Origin: Ignavibacteriota bacterium
GTDB taxonomy: Bacteria; Bacteroidota; Ignavibacteria; UBA10030; UBA6906
Length of the DNA stretch: 64,000 nt
Direction: 5' to 3'
NCBI GenBank assembly: GCA_003162635.1
Contig: PMNE01000065.1
Coordinates: forward strand, 50,398-114,397
Shown: in pieces, positions 48,612 through 61,316 of the stretch
Layout: each line of letters starts with the position of its first letter
Numbering within the stretch: position 1 is the first letter of the stretch
The notes under the pieces: generated by a model
Seen by the model: the letters and a program-made list of their open reading frames with translations, nothing else
The model's database searches: none
Told to the model about the DNA's origin: nothing
Translations under genes and position numbers: made by a program

Positions 48612-50381
48612 CTAACGCCAATACACGTCCCAGCGTTCCTCAACTTTCCTGGAAACCTCCGCCTTCATCTCCAGCGGCTTCGGGTAGCCCGGCTTCCACG
48701 TTGCATCGATCCCCATCACGCCATTATACACCGGACAGGCGCCGATGAGTTTCTGCTCCGTGAATATGACGTCACGCTCGCAATCAAACCGTGTAAACAT
48801 CCCCCAGATGGTGTTTTCCCGGTCCCGGAGATCGACATCCTCGCTGACCGTCGCAATGAGCGGGACATTATGGAAGGCCGGATGCTTGACCAGCTTCTTC
48901 AGCACGGGCATCCCCACGCCGGAGACGCTCACCAGAAGAAGAGATCCCTCCACAAATTCCGTCTCCCGTATCCGGCGATCCAGGTCTTTCGCTGCGGGAA
49001 ACCGCCTCTGAGAAAGTTGTGCCGGCTTGCGCCTCTCCTCTCCCGGTTTCCGGGTCGCGTCGAGGATCATCTTGCTCCCGAGATTCATCGTATAGCTCGT
49101 GAAGTCGAGCGTATCCATCGGAACATGCGGGAGCAGGACAAAATCCTCGTGCGGGTCGAAATTCTCCCGCACTTCCCTCATGACCGCACCAAAGTCCTTG
49201 ACGTCGGTTCCTTCGCTGACAAGGACGATACATTTTGTCAGGGCAAGCTGAGACAAGCCAAGGAGGCCGAGGGCGGTCTTGAGCGCTTCCTTGCCGTACC
49301 GCTGGTCGACGGCGACAACGAGGAGATTGTGGAAGCCGGCTTCATAGTATGCCCAGAGATCGGCGATCTCAGGGTGGATGAGCCGGGCAAGAGGGCCGAG
49401 AATCTTCTGCGTCGCATCGCCGAGGAATTTGTCTTCCATCGGGGGGATTCCGACGACGGTCGCGGGATAGACCGGATCATGCCGATGGGTCACTGCGCTG
49501 ATATGGAAGACCGGAAACTTCGCAGCAGGGGAGTAGTGGCCGAAGTGATCGCCGAACGGTCCCTCCCTTCGCCTCTCACCGGGAGGCACGACCCCTTCGA
49601 GGATGAATTCCGCATTCGCGGGAACCGGGATGGAAATCGAGACCCCCCGGACAAATTCCGTTCGACGCCCCCGGAGGAATCCGGCAAACATCGCCTCGTC
49701 GATATTCTCGGGAAGCGCGGCAATGGTCGCCATCAGGAGCGCGGGATCGGTGCCGAGAGCCACCGCCAGTTCCAACGGGCGGCCGAGTTTTTCGGCCTGA
49801 TAGTAGTGAAACCCGCCCCCTTTCTGGATCTGCCAGTGCATGCCCGTGGTTTTCTTGTCAAACACCTGCATCCGGTACATCCCCATGTTCCGTTTCCCAT
49901 TCCGGGGATCGTACGTCACGACCTGCGGCAGCGTGAGAAACCGCCCCCCATCCCCCGGCCAGCAAGTGAGAACAGGAAGGGCGTCGAGATCGGGCTCTTC
50001 GTGAATCTCCTGCGAGAGGCCGGATGACACGTTCCTGGGGGGAGCATGGAGAAGCCTCCTGACCAGTGCCCGGTGCTTCCACACCATGGAGGGACGCGGA
50101 GGGAACAGATCGCCGAAGAAGTCGATCAACTCCTCCCCCAATTCCTCCGGGTGTTTCTGCAGGGCGAGTTCGCACCGCCGGTCGCTTGCAAGCGCATTGA
50201 TGACAATAGGATAGGATGAACCGCGGACCTTCTCGAAAAGAATGGCCGGCTTCCCCTCCCGAATCCCGCGCGAGGCGATCTCGGTGATCTCCAGGTATGG
50301 ATCCACCTCGATCGAAACCCTGTGCAACTCGCCAACGGATTCAAGATAACGGGCAAAATCGCCGTATGATCTGAATGTCAT
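48612..50381 (-). CDS. UbiD-family decarboxylase (menaquinone/ubiquinone ring decarboxylase)
   Basis: ORF from 50702; start MTFRSYGDF at 50381 (ATGA overlap with UbiX-like stop). UbiD motifs throughout. Confidence 0.82.
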   Translation of the reverse strand: MTFRSYGDFARYLESVGELHRVSIEVDPYLEITEIASRGIREGKPAILFEKVRGSSYPIVINALASDRRCELALQKHPEELGEELIDFFGDLFPPRPSMVWKHRALVRRLLHAPPRNVSSGLSQEIHEEPDLDALPVLTCWPGDGGRFLTLPQVVTYDPRNGKRNMGMYRMQVFDKKTTGMHWQIQKGGGFHYYQAEKLGRPLELAVALGTDPALLMATIAALPENIDEAMFAGFLRGRRTEFVRGVSISIPVPANAEFILEGVVPPGERRREGPFGDHFGHYSPAAKFPVFHISAVTHRHDPVYPATVVGIPPMEDKFLGDATQKILGPLARLIHPEIADLWAYYEAGFHNLLVVAVDQRYGKEALKTALGLLGLSQLALTKCIVLVSEGTDVKDFGAVMREVRENFDPHEDFVLLPHVPMDTLDFTSYTMNLGSKMILDATRKPGEERRKPAQLSQRRFPAAKDLDRRIRETEFVEGSLLLVSVSGVGMPVLKKLVKHPAFHNVPLIATVSEDVDLRDRENTIWGMFTRFDCERDVIFTEQKLIGACPVYNGVMGIDATWKPGYPKPLEMKAEVSRKVEERWDVYWR

Positions 50382-50929
50382 TCTAACTCCTCCCGGCGCC
50401 ACCCCCGCGAATTCGTGACGCCAAGTTGAGCGAGGACCTTGTCGGTGAAGGCGCCGACGTACTCGCCGACCGTCTCGGGAACGAAATAGAGCGGGGAGGA
50501 AATCGGCATGATCACTGCGCCGTACCCCGACAGGCGGGCGCATTGCTCCAGCGTAAGGGTGGAAAGGGGAGTCTCGCGGATGCAGAGGATCAGTGGAAAC
50601 CGCTCCTTCAGACAGACCTGGGCGGTGCGCGTGATCAGCGTGTCGCCGATGCCGGAAGCGATCTTCCCGACGGTCGATGTCGATGCCGGCAGGATGACGC
50701 ACGCATCAAGGACGTTTGACCCTGAGGCCATGGGGGCCGTCAGATCATCGTCGGAATAGACACGGTCGACGAACGGAAGGAGATCCTTCTCCCCCATCTT
50801 CAGTTCATCCCGCAGCAGTACTTTCCCCCACGCGCTCGTGATGAGAAATTTCTTCGGCGGACATTTCTTCAGGAAATCCAGCGCATAGACGGCGCCGGAC
50901 GATCCCGTGATACCGACGACGATTTTCAC
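50378..50929 (-). CDS. ubiX: UbiX-family flavin prenyltransferase
   Basis: ORF from 50956; likely GTG start VKIVVGITGSSGA at 50929 overlapping UbiA-like stop. Confidence 0.85.
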   Translation of the reverse strand: MKIVVGITGSSGAVYALDFLKKCPPKKFLITSAWGKVLLRDELKMGEKDLLPFVDRVYSDDDLTAPMASGSNVLDACVILPASTSTVGKIASGIGDTLITRTAQVCLKERFPLILCIRETPLSTLTLEQCARLSGYGAVIMPISSPLYFVPETVGEYVGAFTDKVLAQLGVTNSRGWRREELE

Positions 50930-51759
50930 CCATAGACTCCGATAAGGACCATGCACAGGACGACAAATCCCGCCACGGAATTGATCCTGAAAAATGCCAG
51001 CTCGACATCCTCCGCCTTGCGTTGTTCAAGATAGAGGAGGCATCCCGTCAGCAGGAGGAGCGGAAGCGCCAGCAGGGAAAAGACTGAGGTGAAGAACAAG
51101 GCAACCAGAACGCCGAACGCAACGAGATGAAAGAGGGCGGAAAACCGAAGGGCCGTTCTCCTGCCAAAAAGTGCCGGGAAGGAATAGAGTGATTCCTCCC
51201 TGTCGAAGTTCTCGTCCAACGTCGAATAGATGATATCGAATCCCGCCACCCAAAAGAGGGTGAAGACCGACAGGAGCGCCGGCGGGAGCAGATTCTCGAA
51301 GGAGGGAGAGACCGCGAACCACCCGCCCAGCGGACCCATCGCCAGCCCGAGACCGACTCCGAAATGCGCAAGCGGCGTGTACCGTTTCATCGTCGGATAC
51401 ACGACGAAGATGATCAGCGGGATGGGTGAAAGCATGAAACAGAAATCGGAGATCAGCCACGCCGACCCGCCGTACAGGGCGAGCCCGGTCACCGTCACCC
51501 AGGCGGCTTCCCAGAGTGTCATGCGGCCGCTGGGGAGATCGCGCATTGCCGTACGGGGGTTCCGCCCATCGATTTGCCGGTCGATGATCCTGTTCAGTGC
51601 AAACGCGACCGTCCGCGCCCCTGTGGCCGCGGCAAGCACAAGGAGAAGGATACGCAGCGGGGGAGCGCCGTTCTTTGATCCGAGGAGAACGCCGCTGTAG
51701 ATCAACGGGAGGGAAAAGAGGGTGTGTTCGATCCTGACAAACGAGAAGAACTTTTTCAT
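50926..51759 (-). CDS. UbiA-family polyprenyltransferase (MenA/MqnP-like)
   Basis: ORF from 51840; start MKKFFSFVRIEH at 51759, 8 nt after guaA stop; UbiA motifs (NRIIDRQID, DIIYSTLD). Confidence 0.8.
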   Translation of the reverse strand: MKKFFSFVRIEHTLFSLPLIYSGVLLGSKNGAPPLRILLLVLAAATGARTVAFALNRIIDRQIDGRNPRTAMRDLPSGRMTLWEAAWVTVTGLALYGGSAWLISDFCFMLSPIPLIIFVVYPTMKRYTPLAHFGVGLGLAMGPLGGWFAVSPSFENLLPPALLSVFTLFWVAGFDIIYSTLDENFDREESLYSFPALFGRRTALRFSALFHLVAFGVLVALFFTSVFSLLALPLLLLTGCLLYLEQRKAEDVELAFFRINSVAGFVVLCMVLIGVYG

Positions 51760-51766
51760 TCCGGCC

Positions 51767-53320
51767 TCACTCCCATTCGATCGTTGCGGGAGGCTTGGAG
51801 CTGATATCATAGACCACACGGTTGATGCCGCGGACCTCATTGGTGATGCGCGAAGAGATGCGCGCCGCCACTTCGTGCGGCATGCGGAACCAATCGGCGG
51901 TCATGCCATCCACGCTCGTCACCGCCCGGACTGCGGCCGTGTATTCATACGTTCTTCCGTCCCCCATGACGCCGACCGATTTCACCGGCAGCAGCACGAT
52001 GAAACCCTGCCAGATGTCACGGTAGAGCCCGGCACGTTTCACCTCGTCGACGAAGATCGCGTCCGCCTCCCGGAGCAGCGCGAGGCGCTCGCGTGTAATG
52101 TCGCCGAGAACGCGCACACCCAGCCCGGGACCCGGGAATGGATGGCGCCAGATGAGGTCGTCCGGGAGTCCCAACGCTGCTCCCACGGCGCGAACTTCGT
52201 CTTTGAAGAGTTCCCGGAACGGCTCGATGAGCGTGAAGTTCATCTTTTCCGGAAGTCCGCCGACATTGTGGTGGGATTTGATGGTCACCGACGGGCCGCG
52301 GAAGGAGGTCGACTCGATGACATCGGGGTACAACGTCCCCTGGGCGAGGAAATCCACTGTGCCGATCTTCTTCGCTTCGCGCTCAAAGACCTCGATGAAA
52401 AGCCGCCCGATGATCTTCCGTTTCTCCTCGGGATCGCTGACTCCCGCCAACGCAGAAAGGAAGAGGTCGGTCGCATCCACATAGTCCAATCCCATGCTGA
52501 ACGTGTCGCGGAAAGTCTTGAGGACGCTCTCCGACTCGTTCTTCCGCATCAGTCCGTTGTTGATGTGAAAGCACATCAGGCGGTCACCGATCGCTTTGTG
52601 CAGGAGGAGGGCAAGAACGGAGGAATCGACACCCCCGCTGAGGGCACAGATCACTTTCCGCTCCCCGACCGTGGAGCGGATCGCGGCAACGGATGATTCA
52701 ATGAACGATGTGGGATTCCATCCGCCGGAGCATCCGCAGATACGATAGAGAAAATTCCGCAGGACCTCCTTTCCCTTCGGCGTGTGGACAACCTCGGGAT
52801 GGAATTGCACGCCATAGATCCGCTTTGCGTCGTTCCTGATCGCACAAATGGGGGCATTGGAGGTATGTGCGATCGGGACAAATCCCCGGGGGCAGCCCGT
52901 AAGGTGGTCGCCATGGCTCATCCACACATCAAGCCCGTCAGCCCCGTCGGGCTCAATCCCCGCGAAAAGGTCTTTTGCGTCATCGATCCGGAGATGTGCC
53001 GGGCCGTATTCCCGCCGGGCGGCCTTATCAATCTCACCGCCCAACTGGTAGGCCATAAGCTGAAGGCCGTAGCAAATTCCCAGGATGGGGATGCCAAGAT
53101 TGAAGATCTCGGGCGACGATATCGGGGCGCCGTCCTCGTATGCGCTGTAGGGGCTCCCGGAGAGGATCAGGCCCTTCGGTCTGAGTGCAACAATCTGGTC
53201 AAGGGGGATGGAAAATGGATGCAGTTCCGAGTAGACGCCGAGTTCGCGCACTCTCCGCGCGATGAGCTGGGAATACTGCGAACCGTAGTCAAGAACAAGA
53301 ACAGTTTCGGCGTGGGTCAT
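51767..53320 (-). CDS. guaA: GMP synthase (glutamine-hydrolysing)
   Basis: 517 aa; GATase-1 and ATP-PPase SGGVDSSV motifs. Confidence 0.93.
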   Translation of the reverse strand: MTHAETVLVLDYGSQYSQLIARRVRELGVYSELHPFSIPLDQIVALRPKGLILSGSPYSAYEDGAPISSPEIFNLGIPILGICYGLQLMAYQLGGEIDKAARREYGPAHLRIDDAKDLFAGIEPDGADGLDVWMSHGDHLTGCPRGFVPIAHTSNAPICAIRNDAKRIYGVQFHPEVVHTPKGKEVLRNFLYRICGCSGGWNPTSFIESSVAAIRSTVGERKVICALSGGVDSSVLALLLHKAIGDRLMCFHINNGLMRKNESESVLKTFRDTFSMGLDYVDATDLFLSALAGVSDPEEKRKIIGRLFIEVFEREAKKIGTVDFLAQGTLYPDVIESTSFRGPSVTIKSHHNVGGLPEKMNFTLIEPFRELFKDEVRAVGAALGLPDDLIWRHPFPGPGLGVRVLGDITRERLALLREADAIFVDEVKRAGLYRDIWQGFIVLLPVKSVGVMGDGRTYEYTAAVRAVTSVDGMTADWFRMPHEVAARISSRITNEVRGINRVVYDISSKPPATIEWE

Positions 53321-53430
53321 CGGTCGGGGGAGGAGTTCAATAATAATAGTAATATATGCAATTTCGCCCTCTTGTCCAACATGGCGGGCGGGGGGGCTTC
53401 CGGACCTCTCCCCCCGGGCCCCTTCCCTGA

Positions 53431-54795
53431 TTATTTCCGCCGTCTGCTCTTCTTCTTCGGCGATTTCTTCTTCGGCATCTTCGTCAGGAAATCCCCAAGG
53501 ATCGTCCCGAGATCGGGTGTCGTGATTTCCTCAAGAGCGTATTGCACGCGGACCGACGGTTTGTTGATCTTCAGAATCCTCCGCAAATCGATCGGCGTAC
53601 CAATGATCACCGCCTCGCACGGGACCGCATTGATCGTCGCTTCCAGATCCTTCACCTGCTCGTCGCCATATCCCATGGCAGGGAGCACTGCGCCGGTCCG
53701 CGGGTATTTCTCGAATGTCGCGGCAATGGACTTCACGGCAAAAGGACGCGGGTCAACGATCTCGCGGGCGCCGAACATTTTCGCCGCGATCGTTCCCGCG
53801 CCGTATTTCATCTCCCCGTGGGTCAGTGTCGGTCCATCCTCAACAACGAGAACGCTCTTCCCCCGAATGATCGAGGCATCCTCCACGCTGATCGCTGAAT
53901 TCGCCTGGACGATCTGTGCATGGGGGTTGATCGTCCTGACATTCCTGATCACCGTCGCCACATTTTCCTTTTCCGCGGAATCGACCTTGTTCACCACAAT
54001 GACATCGGCAAGACGCACATTGGTCTCTCCGGGATAATAGGTCATCTCGTGTCCCGGCCTGTGGGGATCGACCACCGTGATTGTCAGGTCCGGTTGGTAG
54101 AAGGACATGTCATTGTTTCCGCCGTCCCACACAATGACGTCCGCTTCCTTCTCTGCCTGACGGAGGATATCCTGGTAATCGACGCCGGCATAGATGATCG
54201 TCCCGTTGACGATGTGCGGCTCGTATTCTTCCATCTCCTCCACAGTGCACTTGTTGGCAAGCAGGTCGGCCAGCGATCCGTAGCGCTGCATTCTCTGCTT
54301 CACAAGATCCCCGTAGGGCATCGGATGGCGGACGGCGACGACGCGCATCCCCTTGCTCCGGAGGAACTCGCAGACTTTGCGCGACGTCTGGCTCTTCCCT
54401 GACCCCGTGCGAACTGCGACGACAGCAACGACGGGGACCTTGGACTTCAGCATGGTGTGGTCGCCTCCCAGAAGCCGGAAGTCGGCGCCGAGAGACAGAA
54501 CGAGCGACGCCTTGTCCATGACGTACTGGTGGGAAACGTCGGAATACGAGAAGATCACCTCATCGACTTTCAAGTCGGCGATCAACCGTGGAAGTTCCGA
54601 CTCGGGGCGGATGGGTATGCCTTTCGGGTAGAGCTTCCCTGCAAGCTTCGCCGGATATCGCCTCCCATCGATGTTCGGGATCTGCGTTGCAGTAAAGGCA
54701 ACCACCTGGAAACGTGCATTGGCGCGAAAGAGCGTATTGAAGTTATGGAAGTCTCTTCCAGCCGCTCCCATGAGGATGATTCTTGTTTTCGGCAT
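53431..54795 (-). CDS. P-loop protein of the cyclic 2,3-diphosphoglycerate synthetase (CpgS)/COG2403 family (tentative)
   Basis: 454 aa; N-terminal Rossmann-like region, P-loop VRTGSGKSQ, overall length and layout as archaeal cDPG synthetase homologues; Lys-rich C-terminal tail. Family assignment from memory, needs search. Confidence 0.5.
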   Translation of the reverse strand: MPKTRIILMGAAGRDFHNFNTLFRANARFQVVAFTATQIPNIDGRRYPAKLAGKLYPKGIPIRPESELPRLIADLKVDEVIFSYSDVSHQYVMDKASLVLSLGADFRLLGGDHTMLKSKVPVVAVVAVRTGSGKSQTSRKVCEFLRSKGMRVVAVRHPMPYGDLVKQRMQRYGSLADLLANKCTVEEMEEYEPHIVNGTIIYAGVDYQDILRQAEKEADVIVWDGGNNDMSFYQPDLTITVVDPHRPGHEMTYYPGETNVRLADVIVVNKVDSAEKENVATVIRNVRTINPHAQIVQANSAISVEDASIIRGKSVLVVEDGPTLTHGEMKYGAGTIAAKMFGAREIVDPRPFAVKSIAATFEKYPRTGAVLPAMGYGDEQVKDLEATINAVPCEAVIIGTPIDLRRILKINKPSVRVQYALEEITTPDLGTILGDFLTKMPKKKSPKKKSRRRK

Positions 54796-54911
54796 TGGGT
54801 GTTCTCCTTGTCGGGTACTGTCGGTGCACGACCGCCCCGATTCATTCGCGCATCCAATGGATGCGATTGATGGATTTGCACGGAAACCCTGCAGGGTGTC
54901 CCCGGCGGCGT

Positions 54912-55856
54912 CTATGCGTCATTCAGAATTCTCGTTCCACCCCTCCCTTCGACCGCATCGAGCAGGGTTCCCGCGTTCGTGATCACGGCATGCTTTCCTT
55001 CGCGTTCCAGAAACACGAGCGCAGCCCTGATCTTCGGCCCCATGCTCCCTTCCGGAAACTGTCCTTCGGCAAGATACCTCCGGCATTCTGCCGCCGTCAT
55101 GGTGGCGAGCTTCCGCTGGGTGGGCTTCCTGTAGTCGAGACAGACCATTTCTTCGTCGGTCTCAATGGCAAAAACGTCGGCATGCAGCTGCGATGCCAGA
55201 ATGGCGGACGTGTGATCCTTGTCGATGACCGCCTCGACTCCTTTTTCGATGTCGTGGTCATTAAACACCGGGACACCACCGCCTCCCGCCGCAATGACGA
55301 CCAGCCCCCGGTCGACGCAGGCCCGGATGGCCTCAAGCTCGACGATCCCCTTCGGCTCCGGAGAAGCAACCACACGGCGGTACCCCCGCGAGAGATCCTC
55401 CACCATATGCCAATCGAACAGGTCGCGGTAGCGATACGCTTCATCCCGGGTGTAGAAGGGTCCCACGGGTTTGGTGGGAACGCGGAAAGCGGGGTCATCC
55501 GGATCGACGAGGACCTGCGTCACCAGGGAAACAACGGGGGTGTTGAGTCCCTCCGCCTGCATCGCCTGCCACATGGCATACTGGAGCACGTAGCCGATCT
55601 CTCCCTGCGTTGCGGCAACGCAGCAGTCGATGGGCATCCGATACGCATACGCCGCGGCAAGTTCCGATCTCACAAGCTGGGCGCCGACCTGGGGGCCGTT
55701 CCCATGCGTCAGCACCAAACGGTAGCCGGCCTTGATCAGTTTGACGGCGACGTTCGCCGTCTCCGCGGCATTTTGAAACTGCTCCTGGGCTGTCCCCTTC
55801 TGCCCCGCGCGGATCAACGCATTTCCCCCCACCGCCACGAGCACAAGTTTTGGCAT
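54912..55856 (-). CDS. arcC: carbamate kinase
   Basis: ORF from TTG 55889; ATG at 55856 gives MPKLVLVAVGGNAL, typical CK N-terminus. Confidence 0.88.
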   Translation of the reverse strand: MPKLVLVAVGGNALIRAGQKGTAQEQFQNAAETANVAVKLIKAGYRLVLTHGNGPQVGAQLVRSELAAAYAYRMPIDCCVAATQGEIGYVLQYAMWQAMQAEGLNTPVVSLVTQVLVDPDDPAFRVPTKPVGPFYTRDEAYRYRDLFDWHMVEDLSRGYRRVVASPEPKGIVELEAIRACVDRGLVVIAAGGGGVPVFNDHDIEKGVEAVIDKDHTSAILASQLHADVFAIETDEEMVCLDYRKPTQRKLATMTAAECRRYLAEGQFPEGSMGPKIRAALVFLEREGKHAVITNAGTLLDAVEGRGGTRILNDA

Positions 55857-55885
55857 CCCTCCCCCTTCGTCCTGCGACAATTTGC

Positions 55886-56842
55886 TCAACCCTTCAGCAA
55901 TCCAACCATGATCGCCTTCTGGGCGTGGAGCCGGTTCTCCGCCTCCTGGAAGACGACGGAGTTCTTTGAATCCATAATTTCATCCGTCACTTCCCACCCT
56001 CTGTGTGCGGGAAGGCAGTGCATGAACAGCGCATCGCCGTGGGCATGGGAGAAGAGCCCGCGATTCACCTGGTACGAGTTGAACTCCTCGCGCCGCTGCT
56101 CCGCCTCCGCCTCCTGTCCCATGCTGGCCCATGTGTCGGTGTACACAACGTCCGCATTGTGCACCGCCTCCACGGGGCTGGAGGTCCAGACGATCGTTCC
56201 ACCGTTCTCGCGGGCGAGCGCCACGGCGCGGTCCATCACATTCTGATCGGGTTTGTATTTTTCCGGCGTTCCGACGAACAGCGTTGCGCCGAGTTTCCCG
56301 GCCATCAGGAGGAGCGAATGTGCAACGTTATTGCCATCGCCGACATAGGCTATTTTCGCCTTTGCGAGGTTTTTGCGGCATTCGATGATGGTCATGAAGT
56401 CGGCCATGGCCTGGCAGGGATGCTCCAGGTCCGTCAGGCCATTGATGACCGGAATGGCGGCATGCGCGGCCAGCGAGGTGCAGATATCGTGGCCGAAGGT
56501 CCGGATCATGATCCCGTCGACCATGCGCTCCAGATTCTTCGCAACATCATAGACCGACTCCCGCTTGCCGAGGTTGATGTCGGCCGGCGTAAGGAGCAGG
56601 GCATCGCCGCCGAGCTGTTTGATCCCCACGGTGAAGGTCGTGCGGGTGCGCAGCGACGGTTTCTCGAAAATCAGAGCCATCATCGCCCCTTCAAGCGCTG
56701 CGCGGTATTTCCGCGGATGGGCCTTCATGTCGCGCGCGAGAACAAGCACCGATCTGATCTCCGCGGGAGAGAAATCATCCACCGAGAGAAAGTCCCTCCC
56801 CTTCAACCCCTTTTTCCGCGGCTTGACGGTCTTTTTTGTCAC
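55886..56842 (-). CDS. argF: ornithine carbamoyltransferase
   Basis: ORF from 57010; GTG 56842 (GAAGGAG 7 nt upstream) gives VTKKTVKPRKKGLKGRDFLSV; STRTR, HPCQ, HCLP motifs. Confidence 0.88.
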   Translation of the reverse strand: MTKKTVKPRKKGLKGRDFLSVDDFSPAEIRSVLVLARDMKAHPRKYRAALEGAMMALIFEKPSLRTRTTFTVGIKQLGGDALLLTPADINLGKRESVYDVAKNLERMVDGIMIRTFGHDICTSLAAHAAIPVINGLTDLEHPCQAMADFMTIIECRKNLAKAKIAYVGDGNNVAHSLLLMAGKLGATLFVGTPEKYKPDQNVMDRAVALARENGGTIVWTSSPVEAVHNADVVYTDTWASMGQEAEAEQRREEFNSYQVNRGLFSHAHGDALFMHCLPAHRGWEVTDEIMDSKNSVVFQEAENRLHAQKAIMVGLLKG

Positions 56843-57071
56843 TGCGTCGCTCCTTCTGGATTCTGTTGCACCAAACGTCGTATATTGACAATGTACGATT
56901 CCGCCCCGGCCGTTGCAACGGAAGGGGAGCGGGTGGATCCGGTCCCTATGATCGGTCAAATAGTATGCCGAAGGTGACCTGAGTTTAAATTCCATTTTCA
57001 ACGATTTCATCGCCGGGAGACATGGGTCGTTTCCTATCTGTAGGAAGAAGAGAACAACGCGAGGGAAAGCA

Positions 57072-57920
57072 ATGAACGTTGCATTTCAGGGTGTGCATGG
57101 TGCGTACAGCGAACTTGCTGCGAGGGAGATCCTCGGTCCGCGCATCAGCACAACACCGTGCGCGACTTTTGAGCAGGTCTTCACCGCGGTGGAAAAGGGG
57201 AAAGCCGACCGCGGTCTCATCCCTATCGAGAACTCGCTGGCAGGGAGCATCCACCAGAATTACGACCTCTTGCTCGCTCATCGGCTGCACATCGTGGGAG
57301 AAACTTACCTGCGGATCGAGCACGTGCTTGCCTGTCACCCACGGTCGAATCTGCGGAAGCTTCTGGCCGTCCGCTCCCACCCACAGGCGCTCGCCCAATG
57401 CAGCGAGTTCTTCCGGAAGCACCCCTCGTTGCTGGCGGAACCGTATTACGACACCGCCGGCGCGGCGGAATCGATCGCACGGGGGGACCATCGCGAGATC
57501 GGGGCCATCGCAGGGGAATACGCAGCCCGCTTGTACGGCCTGCGGATCCTGAAGCGGAACATCGAGAACAGCCAGCATAATTTCACGCGTTTCCTTGTGA
57601 TCGCCCGCGCGCCCTGGCACTACCGCCGCACCTCACCGACGAGAACGAGCATCGTCATCACGCCGGCGGAAAACCGCCCCGGCATCCTCTTCCATATCCT
57701 CGGTGCCTTTGCATTGCGCGGGATCGATCTTCTGAAGATAGAGTCGCGCCCCGATCCGCGGTCGCCATTCCAATACCTCTTTTACGTCGACCTCGCCGGT
57801 GGGCCGCACGAACAACGTGTTGCCCGCGCCTTTGACCATCTCCGCGAGATCGTTTCCGAGTTCCGCATCCTCGGCACCTATCCGGCAAGCACAGCGACAC
57901 TTGCCGCGAAGGATCGCTGA
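57072..57920 (+). CDS. pheA: prephenate dehydratase (PDT + ACT, no CM domain)
   Basis: 282 aa; PDT motifs (TRF...ESRP) and ACT domain. Confidence 0.88.
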   Translation: MNVAFQGVHGAYSELAAREILGPRISTTPCATFEQVFTAVEKGKADRGLIPIENSLAGSIHQNYDLLLAHRLHIVGETYLRIEHVLACHPRSNLRKLLAVRSHPQALAQCSEFFRKHPSLLAEPYYDTAGAAESIARGDHREIGAIAGEYAARLYGLRILKRNIENSQHNFTRFLVIARAPWHYRRTSPTRTSIVITPAENRPGILFHILGAFALRGIDLLKIESRPDPRSPFQYLFYVDLAGGPHEQRVARAFDHLREIVSEFRILGTYPASTATLAAKDR

Positions 57921-58000
57921 GGGCCGGCCCCACACCCGCACATTGAACTTGAAGGGCGGTCTCCGTACCTTAGAAGATTATGAAAGGAGTGTGCCCTTCC

Positions 58001-60868
<2,868 letters not shown>

Positions 60869-60880
60869 CCATCGGGCCCC

Positions 60881-61261
60881 TTACTTGCCGATGAGGGCCT
60901 TGTATCCCGCCGCGTCCAGGAGGGATGCCGCTTCCGCGGGATTCGACAGCTTCACCTTCACCAACCATCCCTTGCCGTACGGGTCCTTGTTGACGACCTC
61001 GGGTGTTGCAGCGACATCGGCGTTCACTTCGACGACCGACCCGGAGACCGGCGCGTAGAGATCGGAGACTGCTTTGACGGCCTCGATCGTTCCAAACGAT
61101 TCATGCTGCTTCACCATCTTGCCGACAGCCGGCAGTTCCAGAAACACCACGTCTCCGAGTTCCCCCTGTGCATAGTCGGTAATGCCGACGATACCCGTGT
61201 CTCCGCTGATCCGGATCCACTCGTGATCTTTTGTGTACTTCACGTCTGCGGGAAAGTTCAT
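60881..61261 (-). CDS. gcvH: glycine cleavage system H protein
   Basis: ORF from 61348; start MNFPADVKYTKDHEWI at 61261; lipoyl-Lys motif ESFGTIEAVKAVSD. Confidence 0.9.
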   Translation of the reverse strand: MNFPADVKYTKDHEWIRISGDTGIVGITDYAQGELGDVVFLELPAVGKMVKQHESFGTIEAVKAVSDLYAPVSGSVVEVNADVAATPEVVNKDPYGKGWLVKVKLSNPAEAASLLDAAGYKALIGK

Positions 61262-61316
61262 AGGAGAGATCCCTTTCAGAGAATTCAATGAGTTCGCGTG
61301 CCGCAGCCACCGGACG

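Noticed and set aside
46866-50027. 1053-aa plus-strand ORF
   Set aside because: Antisense to the MqnC/E-MqnA/D fusion and UbiD-like genes; no motifs, biased composition.
53380-53410. G7/C7 stem-loop after the cpgS-like stop
   Set aside because: Loop ~13 nt and no U-run on the minus-strand transcript; weak terminator candidate only.
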